DNA of 62,853 nucleotides from Solirubrobacteraceae bacterium (GCA_051001735.1 JBPCNA010000060.1:1-62853); one strand, 5' to 3'. Positions 9,215 through 18,373 are shown, numbered from the stretch's first letter. Numbers and translations are program-made. The notes: generated by a model not told the origin, from the letters alone.

Positions 9215-9574
9215 TCAGCGGAGGCGATCATGTTCGGGCCTTCGGGCTGGTAGGTCGCAGGCGCGTCCCCGGTCGCGGCAGTTAGCGTCTTGAGGAGCGT
9301 GGCCGTTCCCACCACGCGGGTCTGCGGCGACCCCAACTCGTTCGCGTAGCTGCTGCTCGGTAATCACGTCCTCGTCGAACTCAAGGCTGATCGCCCCCGC
9401 GGCGAGGTCGATGTCCAGTCCGATCACGCCGGGCTCGCAAAGCAGCGCGCGCTCGACGCCACCGAGCCAGGCCCGCAGCCCATCCACCGCGATGACCGCT
9501 CTCACGTCCGTCTCGACGTCGGCGACCCGAGCGTCACGGCCTTGCGCCGGCGGGCCAAGCGGCCGGGCATACAC
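9215..9574 (-). CDS. hypothetical protein with degenerate HMA-like (ferredoxin-fold metal-binding) segment lacking the CxxC pair
   Basis: VRAVIAVDGLRAWLGGVERALLCEPGVIGLDIDLAAGAISLEFDEDVITEQQL follows the spacing of a heavy-metal-associated domain, but the metal-binding cysteines are absent. The C-terminal 40 aa look non-coding. May be a relic. Confidence 0.25.
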   Translation of the reverse strand: MYARPLGPPAQGRDARVADVETDVRAVIAVDGLRAWLGGVERALLCEPGVIGLDIDLAAGAISLEFDEDVITEQQLRERVGVAADPRGGNGHAPQDANCRDRGRACDLPARRPEHDRLR

Positions 9575-9610
9575 GGTGGCGGGGTCGGTGTATTAGCCAG
9601 CGATCTCAAG

Positions 9611-11098
9611 TCAGTCGGTGATCGTGAGCGCGCGATGGGTGGGCGGGGATCCGGTCGTGTGCAGTGTTGCGCGGACGCGCAGCCGGTGGTGGCGGTCGAG
9701 CTGTCGCTGGCCGCGCGGCGTGATTCGTACGGGCACTCTTGTGGTCGAGTTCGCCGGGATCGCGAAGTGGGCGATCCCGACGGTGGTGGTCGTCCGCAGG
9801 GTGAGTGTCCCGGTGCATGGTGCCGTCGCGCAGCGAACCGCCAGGCGCGTCACACGGTTTCTGACGCGCGTACGGCTTGTCGCGAGGCGGGCGGTGCCGC
9901 TGGCGGCGATCCCGTGGCGCGGCGGAGCGAGACCGGCTGACACCGGGGGCGGTGGGAGCTGTTGCCCGTGGGCCTGCGCCTGCTGGTTGATGAAGCTGTT
10001 GATTTCGGGGGTGGCGATGCGGACGTACACGCCGGGGTAGCCGGTTTGGGCGCAGCCAGCGCCGAAATCGATCAGGCCGGCGAGGACCAGGTCGCCGGGG
10101 GGCGTCGCGGGAGTGTCGATGTCGACGACCAGCGGACCGCCGCTGTCGCCGGCGCACGCGTCGATCGCGCCGTCCGGCGCGCTGGCGGTCGCGGTGGCCT
10201 GTTCGCCAGCGCAGAGCATTTGCGGGGAGATGGGCGGCACGCCGATGCTGCCGAGGCGCCGGTAGGCGGCGGCGCACGTCGCGTCGGGCACGAGGTGCGT
10301 TTGCGCCGCCTGGAGCTGCTGCGGTAGGCTTGCCGAGGGGTCGGGTGCGCCGATCGCCAGCGGGCTGGTCTCGCCCCAGCCGCTGATCACGACCGGCTCT
10401 GCCGGGATGACGTTGGGGTTGGCGAACCGCTCGGCCAGCAGGGGCGTGATCAGCGGAATCGGCGCGACGCTCGCCGTGCCGTCGGCGCGCGGTGACCCGT
10501 TGTAGAGCGGCGCGGCCAGCGTGACGACGGCGATGTCGTAGTTGGCTGTCTGCGGGTCGTAGAGCGGGTCGACAGCGATGCTGGCGGCCACCGGCTGGGG
10601 GGGGACGGTCGGCGGCAGCATCGCGGTGCCGGCGAGTACCGTTACCAGCTGCGGCGAGACCGGCTGCCCGGTGAGCTGATCGGTCACGCAGTGTGCGGCG
10701 GTCGCCACTTGCGTCGCGTCGATGATCACGCCGCCACAGAACGCCAGCGTCTGCTGCCCGAACCCGCCCCCCGCCGATCGAGTGAACAGCGCCACCTGGA
10801 ACGGGAACGACGTGATCGCGGCGACCGGATTGCCGCCTATCACGCGCAGCGACACGGCCGCCGCAGCCGCCGCCGCGCTAGCCGCGCCGCTGACCGCCAG
10901 GACGAGCGTGGCGACTACCGCGCGAAGCGCAACAAACCACCCGCGACTCCGTGGGGGTACGGTCGCGGGCCACCGGAGCGACGGCGCGCGGGGGCGAGCA
11001 GGGCGCTCACGGGGTTCACGACGGCGTCCGGGCACGGCGGTCAATGTCCGTCGGGAGTTGGGTCTGTGCTCAGCGCCCGGCGCCCGAGGAGCTGCCAC
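9611..11098 (-). CDS. secreted chymotrypsin-family (S1) serine protease with C-terminal beta-rich tail
   Basis: RVIGGNP mature N-terminus, TAAHCV, NYDIAVVTL and CAGDSGGPLVVD. The hydrophobic signal is WFVALRAVVATLVLAVSGAASA. The annotated start overlaps the upstream gene by 58 nt, so the true start is probably downstream. Confidence 0.85.
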   Translation of the reverse strand: MAAPRAPGAEHRPNSRRTLTAVPGRRREPRERPARPRAPSLRWPATVPPRSRGWFVALRAVVATLVLAVSGAASAAAAAAAVSLRVIGGNPVAAITSFPFQVALFTRSAGGGFGQQTLAFCGGVIIDATQVATAAHCVTDQLTGQPVSPQLVTVLAGTAMLPPTVPPQPVAASIAVDPLYDPQTANYDIAVVTLAAPLYNGSPRADGTASVAPIPLITPLLAERFANPNVIPAEPVVISGWGETSPLAIGAPDPSASLPQQLQAAQTHLVPDATCAAAYRRLGSIGVPPISPQMLCAGEQATATASAPDGAIDACAGDSGGPLVVDIDTPATPPGDLVLAGLIDFGAGCAQTGYPGVYVRIATPEINSFINQQAQAHGQQLPPPPVSAGLAPPRHGIAASGTARLATSRTRVRNRVTRLAVRCATAPCTGTLTLRTTTTVGIAHFAIPANSTTRVPVRITPRGQRQLDRHHRLRVRATLHTTGSPPTHRALTITD

Positions 11099-12033
11099 AT
11101 CGTCTCAAACTTGTTGCGCGACCACGTCTCGGCGGTGCCCTTGAGCGGGTTGGATACGGAAATCGTCCCGTCGGCGTTGATGCCGCGGAGCACAACCGTA
11201 TGTTCGTTGAGGTTTACCGTGACGGCTTTTCCCGCGGGTGTCTGCCAGGTGTCGTAAGGGCCGTCGGCGAGGCCAACCCAGGCGATCACGGCGCGCCCGG
11301 CGAGCAAAGCGTCGTAGATCGCCTGAGGGGCGACACCGGTGAGGTTCGCCAGCGCGACCCCGTAGCGTCGCGCCAAGCCTGCGAGCGGCGCGGGGTAGAC
11401 GCCGAACCCGCCGGCTGTTCCGGCGCCGTTGGGCCGGCCGACGAAGCCTTGGTCGGGGTCGCCCCACACCTTCGAAGGCCCGCCGCCAGTCGGGTCAAGC
11501 GGCCCCGAACGCGGCAAGCTCGCCTGCAGGCGAGCTTGGGACACCGTGACGCCAGCGCTGCGCAGCAGGATCGATAATGCGGTGGCCTCGCAGTCGTTGC
11601 GCAGCGTCTGGGCGATTACCGGCGCCGCGATCTGCGACGAGATCGGCGTGCGGACAACGGCGAGCGTGCCGCCGCCGGGGGCGAGGCGCGCCAGCAGAAC
11701 TGCGCGCTCGGCGGTGAGCCCCCGGTTGTAGGTGTAGGTGATCCGGGCCCGGTCGTGAGTCATGGTCGCGGTCGCGGGTAGCGCTGAGATCACGGCGCTG
11801 CGCAGCGTTGCCGCGTCGATGCCATGGCTCGTGCGAAGCGGCGCTAGCGGCACGCGCGCCAGCGGCACGTTACCGGCCTCGAGACGGATCACCGGTGGCG
11901 CGGCGTGCGACTCGGGCGCGCCACCGGTGAGCGCGACCGTGCCCCCGCCAAGCCCGACCAGCAGCGCCAATGCCGCAACGCGACGACGCCGCAACCGCAA
12001 GCGATCGGCACGCCGAGTGAAGATGGCAGTCAC
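11041..12033 (-). CDS. secreted peptidase C39-like (papain-fold) domain protein
   Basis: Signal RRRRVAALALLVGLGGGTVALTGG. QTLRNDCEATALSILLRSAGV (Cys nucleophile context) and NEHTVVLRGI (His) fit the Peptidase_C39_2-type fold. GTG start. Confidence 0.7.
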   Translation of the reverse strand: MTAIFTRRADRLRLRRRRVAALALLVGLGGGTVALTGGAPESHAAPPVIRLEAGNVPLARVPLAPLRTSHGIDAATLRSAVISALPATATMTHDRARITYTYNRGLTAERAVLLARLAPGGGTLAVVRTPISSQIAAPVIAQTLRNDCEATALSILLRSAGVTVSQARLQASLPRSGPLDPTGGGPSKVWGDPDQGFVGRPNGAGTAGGFGVYPAPLAGLARRYGVALANLTGVAPQAIYDALLAGRAVIAWVGLADGPYDTWQTPAGKAVTVNLNEHTVVLRGINADGTISVSNPLKGTAETWSRNKFETMWQLLGRRALSTDPTPDGH

Positions 12034-12371
12034 CCCCGGTATCCTACAAGCCGTCGGAGTTCGGGGCGTTCGCTAGGCCTTGGAGCACTCACGCGGCCAC
12101 GACGAACGAGCCCCGCCTGGCGCTGGCCGCCAACTACCGGCGGCCGCAATGAGCGCGGGCGGCCACGGCGCAACGCGCGCCACGGCAACAGCGGAGGCCG
12201 GTGGTACCGAGGCGAACACGGAGCGGCGGGACCCGCGGACGTCGCCGCACCGTCGCGCCGTTTACGCCCCAGATCGGCCGGCGTCTGTCGACGCGAGCAA
12301 GGGAGGCTGGAGGATCGAACGCCGTCCATGCCGGCCCGACCTGCGCGGGATGCCGCACGCGCGTCGTCGTC

Positions 12372-12536
12372 GTCCGCTACGCTTCGCGCGTCCGATCAGC
12401 CGAGTCCCTCTTGCCAGGGGGATCGGGGGAACCACTTGGGGGTTGCCGTCACGGCGCTCCCAGGGGCGAATTGCCGCATTCTCGCGGCGTAGCGCTGCTC
12501 TTTCTGCGCGAGCCCGTCAGCTAACCCCGTAGGCAT
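12372..12536 (+). promoter_or_regulatory. cyclic-di-AMP riboswitch (ydaO/yuaA class) in the leader of the NlpC/P60 gene
   Basis: Matches the remembered ydaO consensus. Elements present: acgcttcgcgcgtccgatcagccgag, gggggaaccac, ggggcgaattgcc and the near-invariant 3-prime element cccgtcagctaaccccgtaggc. Closing helix ctacg (12377-12381) pairs with cgtag (12528-12532). It ends ~20 nt before the RBS and GTG at 12558. Confidence 0.8.
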
Positions 12537-12557
12537 CCGAAAGAGAAGGGTCACCGC

Positions 12558-13367
12558 GTGAGTTTCAGATTTGCTCGTCTCCTGCCCGCGGTCGCGGTGT
12601 TGCTGCTCCTTCCCGCCTCAGCGACTGCTCAGGCGGGAAAGGGGCGTAGCCAGAGCCTCGGCGACCGCCTCCCGCTCGTTGTCGGCGAGCAGGGCCACGA
12701 TGTGCTGGTACTGCAGGGTTACCTCAACCGTGCCGGTCAAAAGACGGGTGTCGACGGCGTGTTCGGCAGCGCCACCGAGCGCGCGGTCCTCGCGTTCGAA
12801 CACGCGCAGCGCCTCGTGGCAGACGGCACCGTCACGAGCGCGACCCTCAAGGTACTGCGCGACGTGATTGTCCAGGGCAGCGCCGTCGCCTCGATCTCCG
12901 GCGTGACCGGCGGCGCGTCCGCTCCGACCGAGCAGCAAATACTGGCTGTCGCTCCCGGCGAGAAGGCAACCGTGGGTGCGGACGGCCTTGCCGTCGCGCC
13001 GGCGAGCGCGCCACCTGTCGTACAGGCGATCATCGCGGCGGGGAACCGCATCGCGACCAAGCCGTACATCTACGGCGGCGGCCACGGCTCGTGGGAGGAT
13101 GCGGGCTACGACTGCTCGGGCTCGGTTTCCTATGCCCTTCACGGCGCCCGGTTGCTTTCTGCGCCGCTGGTCTCCGGCGACTTCATGGGGTGGGGCAGTC
13201 CGGGTCCCGGCAGGTGGGTGACGACCTACGCCAACGCCGGCCACATGTACATGGTCATCGCCGGGCTGCGCTTTGACACCAGCGGGCAACGCGGCGCAGG
13301 AACCCGCTGGCAAGCCGAAATGCGATCAAGCGCCGGCTTGACCGCCCGTCACCCCGACGGGCTCTGA
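12558..13367 (+). CDS. secreted cell-wall hydrolase: peptidoglycan-binding domain plus NlpC/P60 (C40) peptidase
   Basis: Signal LLPAVAVLLLLPASATAQA. PG_binding_1-like GHDVLVLQGYLNRAGQKTGVDGVFGSATERAVLAFE. C40 core KPYIYGGGHGSWEDAGYDCSGSVSYAL ... AGHMYMVIAG. Confidence 0.85.
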   Translation: MSFRFARLLPAVAVLLLLPASATAQAGKGRSQSLGDRLPLVVGEQGHDVLVLQGYLNRAGQKTGVDGVFGSATERAVLAFEHAQRLVADGTVTSATLKVLRDVIVQGSAVASISGVTGGASAPTEQQILAVAPGEKATVGADGLAVAPASAPPVVQAIIAAGNRIATKPYIYGGGHGSWEDAGYDCSGSVSYALHGARLLSAPLVSGDFMGWGSPGPGRWVTTYANAGHMYMVIAGLRFDTSGQRGAGTRWQAEMRSSAGLTARHPDGL

Positions 13368-13572
13368 CACCGCGGTCTCGCCCCACCGATCGTCTTCACG
13401 ACCGCCGACTGCCGCGACGTCGGCGAGCGTTGGATCACGGGTAGCTGTCCCCCGAATCGGCGGCGCGGATCGACCGCACGGGGTCGGCGATGATACCCGG
13501 CGCTGCCGCCGGCGCGGAGGCCGCGACGAACGCGAGACCCTCGATCATTTGACCTGATTTGCGCGCGGGCGC

Positions 13573-14454
13573 TCAGTGCGAACGCGCAAAAAGCTGCTGC
13601 ATCAGAGTCCCGACCGCTGGCGCGGTCGTTCCGAACGCCGGGCAGCAGTTGGCGCCGCCGGGGGGCGTCATGCCGATTTCAAGGTGGGGACCGGATGAGA
13701 TGCCGACGATGCCGCAGCCGACTGCCGCGATTGGCTGGCCCGCCCTGACGTGAGTCCCGACCGGCACGAGGGCCGGGGCGGCGTGACCGTAGTAAACAAA
13801 CCAGCCAGCGTATGCGCCGCCATCGACGCGGATCACCGGCGCGTACGGCCCGAATCCTGAAATCCCGACCCGCACGACCGTGCCGGAGGTGATCGCGACC
13901 TCGTAGGCTGCGGTGCCGCACGCCCCGCCCGCGGTGGCGATATCGATGCCCTGATCAACGGTCCATGTGGACGGTGCCAACACAACGGACAGCGGCTGGA
14001 TCGGGAACGCCCAGTTCCCCGTCGCGCCGAGCGAAAGCGTCGAGGCGTGGTTGCAAGTCTGGACGCTCGTACAGGGGGCGAGGGAGACCCCCGCCTGTGC
14101 CGCCTGCGCGAGCTCAGCTCGGATCTGGGCATCAGAAGGCGCACCCGGCGAGACGGCCGTTGCGCTCGCGGCGGCCGGCAGCGGGTCGGGCTTGGCGCCC
14201 ACCTTCCCCGACACCTCCGTCACCTTGCTGGCCGACGGCGGCGGCGCCGACAGTCGCTTGAGCTGCGCCGCGGAGCCGCGCAAGCGAGAGACGGCTCCCG
14301 CAGCGGCGGAAGCGGCGGCTGTCTTCGCCGTCGTCACGCTCGGTGGGTCGGCGCCGGTCGGGCCGCTCGGCGCCCGTGCGGCGCCGCCGCAGCCGCCGAT
14401 CACGGCGAGCGACGCCGCACTGAGAATCGCTAGATGGCGGGAGCGAGCGGTCAT
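13573..14454 (-). CDS. M23-family (LytM-like) peptidoglycan endopeptidase lipoprotein
   Basis: Internal ATG at 14454 gives MTARSRHLAILSAASLAVIGGCGG (lipobox). C-terminal DQGIDIATAGG...VVRVG...YYGHAAP...VRAGQPIAAVG...GPHLEIG matches the M23 fold. ORF track gives 13573..14616. Confidence 0.8.
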   Translation of the reverse strand: MTARSRHLAILSAASLAVIGGCGGAARAPSGPTGADPPSVTTAKTAAASAAAGAVSRLRGSAAQLKRLSAPPPSASKVTEVSGKVGAKPDPLPAAASATAVSPGAPSDAQIRAELAQAAQAGVSLAPCTSVQTCNHASTLSLGATGNWAFPIQPLSVVLAPSTWTVDQGIDIATAGGACGTAAYEVAITSGTVVRVGISGFGPYAPVIRVDGGAYAGWFVYYGHAAPALVPVGTHVRAGQPIAAVGCGIVGISSGPHLEIGMTPPGGANCCPAFGTTAPAVGTLMQQLFARSH

Positions 14455-14770
14455 GGGCGGACTGGCGCTGGGCGCGGCGCGAAGCTCGGTCGGCACCCTC
14501 CCCCGCCGTGCGGCTCTTTCGTCATGCGAAGAAGCGACTGCCGGGCCGTTCGCTGAGCCGGGCCTGGCAGAACGCCACTGCGGTCCCCAGTCCGGCGTCG
14601 TAGATCCGCACGACACGTCCTACAGCGCGTGGGAGCATAGCGAAACCCTCCCTCTCCGAGGCCGCTCCGCCAACACCCACTCGGCGCGGACGCCGAGCAC
14701 GCGGTGCTCCTCCCGCCGCCGCAGTGCGCTAGCCTGCAGGACACCCCTACATGCCGTAGGACTAACTTCC

Positions 14771-15457
14771 ATGACCACGATGACCAAGAACTGGGACGAC
14801 TACGTCGTTGACGCTGAGGAAGTTTCGCGCGGCACCGGCTTTCAGGCGCTACGCGACAAGATCCTCGCATTGGCGGCGCCGCAACCGCAGGACAAGGTCG
14901 TCGACGTGGGCGCGGGTACCGGCCTACTGACGCTCGCGCTCGCCGAGTGCGTGGAGAGGGTCTGGGCCGTCGATATCTCCCCGGCGATGCTCGAGTACCT
15001 GGAGATCAAGCTCGCGCGCACCGACATCGGCAACGTGCAGACGGTCGTGGCGTCCGCAGTGAGCTTGCCGCTGCTCAACGAGTCTGTCGATCTCGTGGTT
15101 TCGAACTACTGCCTGCATCATCTCGACGACGACGGCAAGCGGCGGGCCCTGCTCGAGACCCATCGCGTGCTCCGTCCGGGTGGACGACTGGTCTTCGGCG
15201 ACATGATGTTCAGCCTCGGAATCGCCGATGCGCGCGACCGCGCGGTTCTCGCTACAAAGATCCGAGCGATGCTGCGCAAAGGCGGTCCGGGCGTCATGCG
15301 GCTCCTCAAGAACGGCGCTCGCGTCGCCAGTGGCCGCTGGGAGCGCCCCGCGCGCTCAGAATGGTGGGAGGCCGAACTCAACCTTGCGGGATTCGTCGCG
15401 GTGGGCGTCGAGGTCCTCGAACACGAGGGCGGCCTGGCATGGGCCGCGAAGCCGTAA
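14771..15457 (+). CDS. class I SAM-dependent methyltransferase
   Basis: Real gene is the 3-prime part of ORF 13967..15457, starting at ATG 14771 (MTTMTKNWDDY). VVDVGAGTGLLTLALA motif I, VDLVVSNYCLHHL, LRPGGRLVFGD. Confidence 0.85.
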   Translation: MTTMTKNWDDYVVDAEEVSRGTGFQALRDKILALAAPQPQDKVVDVGAGTGLLTLALAECVERVWAVDISPAMLEYLEIKLARTDIGNVQTVVASAVSLPLLNESVDLVVSNYCLHHLDDDGKRRALLETHRVLRPGGRLVFGDMMFSLGIADARDRAVLATKIRAMLRKGGPGVMRLLKNGARVASGRWERPARSEWWEAELNLAGFVAVGVEVLEHEGGLAWAAKP

Positions 15458-15589
15458 CGCGCGAGCGAAGTGTCGTCGTTTTCGTGACGGTAGCGGGCGC
15501 GATGTCCATGGTCGCATCCCTCCTCAGCGGACTCGACCTGCTCCTCGGGCACATGTAATGAGCCGCGCGCGCTGCGATACTGGATCGCC

Positions 15590-15976
15590 ATGACTGACGC
15601 GCCGCTCCAGGGAGACCTACAGCTCCAGATCATGGCGGTGCTGTGGCGGACCGGGGAAGGCACCGTTGAGCAGGTGCGCGCGGCACTCCCCTCCCCGGCT
15701 CGCAGCGCCTACAACACGGTGCAGACCGTGCTCAACCGGTTGACCGACCGCGGCCTGCTCACCCGCCGGCGCGCGGGCCACGCCATGGTGTACCGCCCGA
15801 CGCTCTCCGAGGCCGAATACCTGTCGCGCTCGATCGAGCGCACGCTCGCCGGGGCCTCAAACGAAGCGCGCCAGGTCGCACTTGCGCAGCTCATCGGCGG
15901 GATCGCCAGCAGCGAGCTCTCGGCGCTCGAAACGCTGGCGAAGCAGGCGCAAGCAGGCCGCGCGCGGCGCCGATGA
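15590..15976 (+). CDS. BlaI/MecI/CopY-family winged-helix transcriptional repressor
   Basis: LQLQIMAVLWRTGEGTVEQVRAAL...YNTVQTVLNRLTDRGLLTRRRAGHAMVYRP. The stop overlaps the next start (ATGA at 15973-15976). Confidence 0.9.
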   Translation: MTDAPLQGDLQLQIMAVLWRTGEGTVEQVRAALPSPARSAYNTVQTVLNRLTDRGLLTRRRAGHAMVYRPTLSEAEYLSRSIERTLAGASNEARQVALAQLIGGIASSELSALETLAKQAQAGRARRR

Positions 15977-16935
15977 TTCTCCTGGTGGCCGGAATAGTCG
16001 CCGTCGTGATCGCTCTGCCGCACGCGCTGCGGCTCGAACGGGCGTCGCCGGCGACGGCCGCGACGTTGTGGGCGGCAGCGCTGGGAATGCGCGCCCTGGC
16101 CGGCGTGTTCGCGGCGCTCTACGTCGTGCTGTTCGTGCCGGCGACGCAGGTCTTTGACGCCCTGACGCACTGGTGCTGGCACACGATCCTTCCTCTCGTC
16201 ACCACGCACCTCGGGCTCAGCGGTCACCGGGTCGGCGACGCCGTGACGATCGCGCCGAGCATGCTGGTCGCCGCGTCCGCCGTCTCAATCGGTTTCGGGG
16301 TTTGGCGCGCCAGCCGCGCGGTACGCCGCCTGCTCACCCATGAGGCGATTGGCCGCGGGCCGTCGGGGAGCGTGATCATCGGAGGACCCGACATCGTGGT
16401 TGCCGCCGCTGGGTTGACGCGGCCGCGACTCGTTGTCTCCGCGGGCGCGCTCGCGACGCTCGACGATGAGGAGCTCGCCGCGAGCCTCGATCACGAGCAT
16501 GGCCACATCCAACGCCGCCACCGCCACATCCTGCTGTACGCCGAGGCCTGCCGGGCACTAGGTCGCTTCATGCCCGGAACCTTGACGGCGGTCGCGGCGC
16601 TGCGCTTCCACCTCGAGCGCGACGCCGACGGCTGGGCGCTGCGACGCGCCCACGACCCGTTCGCTCTAGCCAGCGCGATCTGCAAGGCCGCCGGGTCTCG
16701 GTCTCGCGGCGGTCCAGCGCTCGTCTCGCTCGCCGACGGCGACGTCGTCCGTCGCGTCACCGAGCTTGTCGCAACGCGCGCGCCCGTCAGCCGCTTCAGA
16801 ACGGCGGTTCTGAACGGTCTCGCCGCCATCGCCGTCACAGTTCTCGTTGCGCTCACGGCAGTCGTGCCGCTCGCCGTCGCCGCAGGCAGCCGGCGCGGCA
16901 CCGCCTCGCCGATGACGCATTACTGCCGGGGTTGA
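15973..16935 (+). CDS. M56-family (BlaR1/MecR1-like) membrane metalloprotease / signal sensor
   Basis: Multi-pass membrane N-terminus and the zinc motif LDHEHGHIQRRH. Translationally coupled to the BlaI-like repressor. Confidence 0.85.
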   Translation: MILLVAGIVAVVIALPHALRLERASPATAATLWAAALGMRALAGVFAALYVVLFVPATQVFDALTHWCWHTILPLVTTHLGLSGHRVGDAVTIAPSMLVAASAVSIGFGVWRASRAVRRLLTHEAIGRGPSGSVIIGGPDIVVAAAGLTRPRLVVSAGALATLDDEELAASLDHEHGHIQRRHRHILLYAEACRALGRFMPGTLTAVAALRFHLERDADGWALRRAHDPFALASAICKAAGSRSRGGPALVSLADGDVVRRVTELVATRAPVSRFRTAVLNGLAAIAVTVLVALTAVVPLAVAAGSRRGTASPMTHYCRG

Positions 16936-17053
16936 ACATTCATGTCGACGGGTGCCAGTCAACCCGCCGCCAGGCCGCCGTCGCGTGAGCGCACACTGAC
17001 TCGACGCAAGCCCTGCCAGCACGGCCGCGCCGAGAAGTCGAGCAACGGCGTCG

Positions 17054-17103
17054 GGTAGTGGGTCAGTTTGGGGCGTCTACTCGATTGAAACTGACCCACT
17101 ACC
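17054..17103. repeat. perfect 16-bp inverted repeat (hairpin, 18-nt loop) at the truncation point of the permease relic
   Basis: ggtagtgggtcagttt (17054-17069) and aaactgacccactacc (17088-17103) are exact reverse complements. The right arm is the first surviving coding sequence of the truncated permease. Confidence 0.8.
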
Positions 17104-17530
17104 GATCATCGCGATCTACCGCAAGTACTACGGGACCCGTTTCGCTGTGCGGATCACTGCCCTGATGTTCGTGACGATGGTCGCGGCGGCACTGGTCATC
17201 GACGGGCTGTTCAGCGGCCTTGGGATCATTCCTCACGGTCCGCGGCCGACCCGCGCGGACATCTTCAGCTCCATCCACGTCGACTACAAGCTCGCCCTCA
17301 ACGTCCTCGGGCTCGCGATCTTCACCGCGTTGTTCTGGATCACCGCGCGCCGCGGTGCGACCGATCCGACGTGCGGGATGAAGGTCGACCGGGCCACGGC
17401 GGTGCACAAGCAATTCGCTGGTGAGACGTTCTTCTTCTGCACCGAGAACTGCCTTCACGCGTTCGAGCGCGATCCCGCTCACGCCGACCGGGCCGGCGCC
17501 GACGAGCCTGTAACTCGGCGTGTGCCCTGA
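17090..17530 (+). pseudogene. 5-prime-truncated permease (UPF0718/ArsP-like) with C-terminal YHS/TRASH metal-binding domain
   Basis: LPIIAIYRKYYGTRFAVRITALMFVTMVAAALVIDGLF is the conserved last part of PF03773-type permeases, followed by DPTCGMKVDRATAVHKQFAGETFFFCTENCLHAFERDP (YHS). Only ~160 nt separate it from the preceding gene, so roughly 250 aa of the N-terminus are missing. Confidence 0.6.
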
Positions 17531-17704
17531 TGCCCGCAGCGCGTGTCCGGAGCATGGGCGGGTCGTGCGCCGGCCGTCCCGCCGGGGTCGCAGAGTAGTT
17601 CTCCGCCGCCGACATGCGGGCATACCCGGCTCTAAAACGCTGGGCCGGTATCTACGCTGAAGGTGCGGAGCCACAGAGAGCCCCGCCGAGACTTGGAGGC
17701 GGAC

Positions 17705-17929
17705 ATGAAGAAGAAAATCGACGCGACGAAGCACTCGATGAAGATGATGTGGGGCTGCGTGATCTTCGCGATCGTCGCGATCATCCTCGTAGCCGACGGC
17801 GTCGGAGGCGGCGCGTTCTTCCTCATCCCCTGCATGGTGATGATGGGGGCAATGATGTGGATGATGATGGGCGGCACCGGCGGCCAAACGCGCGGCGGCG
17901 GCAAGCCCGACCCGCCGAACAAGCCGTGA
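17705..17929 (+). CDS. small Met-rich membrane protein (DUF2933-like)
   Basis: ATG at 17705 inside ORF 17663..17929: MKKKIDATKHSMKMMWGCVIFAIVAIILV...FFLIPCMVMMGAMMWMMMGG. This type is usually found in copper/metal loci. Confidence 0.6.
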   Translation: MKKKIDATKHSMKMMWGCVIFAIVAIILVADGVGGGAFFLIPCMVMMGAMMWMMMGGTGGQTRGGGKPDPPNKP

Positions 17930-18039
17930 TCCCAGTACGCCGACGGCGCCGCGTTGCCCAGCGCCAAGCCACGGCCAGACCCGAGATCCGATCTTGACGA
18001 GCTCTCCGGCAGCAAACCGGCGAGGATTAGGAGCAACTA

Positions 18040-18357
18040 ATGATGTATTCAAACAACCATATGACGAGCGCGGGATGGGTCTTCTCGGCCCTCGGCACGC
18101 TGATCGTCCTCGCCCTCGTCGTGGCCGCGATCGTCTGGCTCCTTTCCACGCTTCGGTCGCCTGGCCGCGGGTCGCCGTCGGCGCGGGAAACCCTCGACTG
18201 GCGGCTCGCCAGCGGCGAGCTCAGCGTCGCCCAGCACGCTGAGATCGCCAGCGCGATCGGTGATCGCCCGCGACCGGCCACGCCGATCGACTCCCCGGCT
18301 AGTCGCAGCGCGTTGACGAGCTCCGCGCGCGCCGAGCCAACGCCCCACCCCCGGTAG
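18040..18357 (+). CDS. membrane protein with SHOCT (short C-terminal) domain
   Basis: One TM (WVFSALGTLIVLALVVAAIVWLL), then ARETLDWRLASGELSVAQHAEIASAIG, the SHOCT signature. Confidence 0.7.
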   Translation: MMYSNNHMTSAGWVFSALGTLIVLALVVAAIVWLLSTLRSPGRGSPSARETLDWRLASGELSVAQHAEIASAIGDRPRPATPIDSPASRSALTSSARAEPTPHPR

Positions 18358-18373
18358 GACCCAGCCGTAGCGA

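Noticed and set aside
12040-12260. Possible second ydaO-type riboswitch on the reverse strand upstream of the C39-like peptidase
   Set aside because: It has ccccgaactccgacggcttgtagg, reminiscent of the 3-prime element. But it lacks the invariant CAGCUAACC and both GGGG(A/U)..(CCA/GAAUC) modules, so the resemblance is too weak without a covariance-model score.
14455-14770. Riboswitch or leader upstream of the M23 peptidase gene
   Set aside because: The 315-bp intergenic region contains ggggacc and gggggagggtgcc strings but none of the ordered ydaO elements. No other known motif was recognised.
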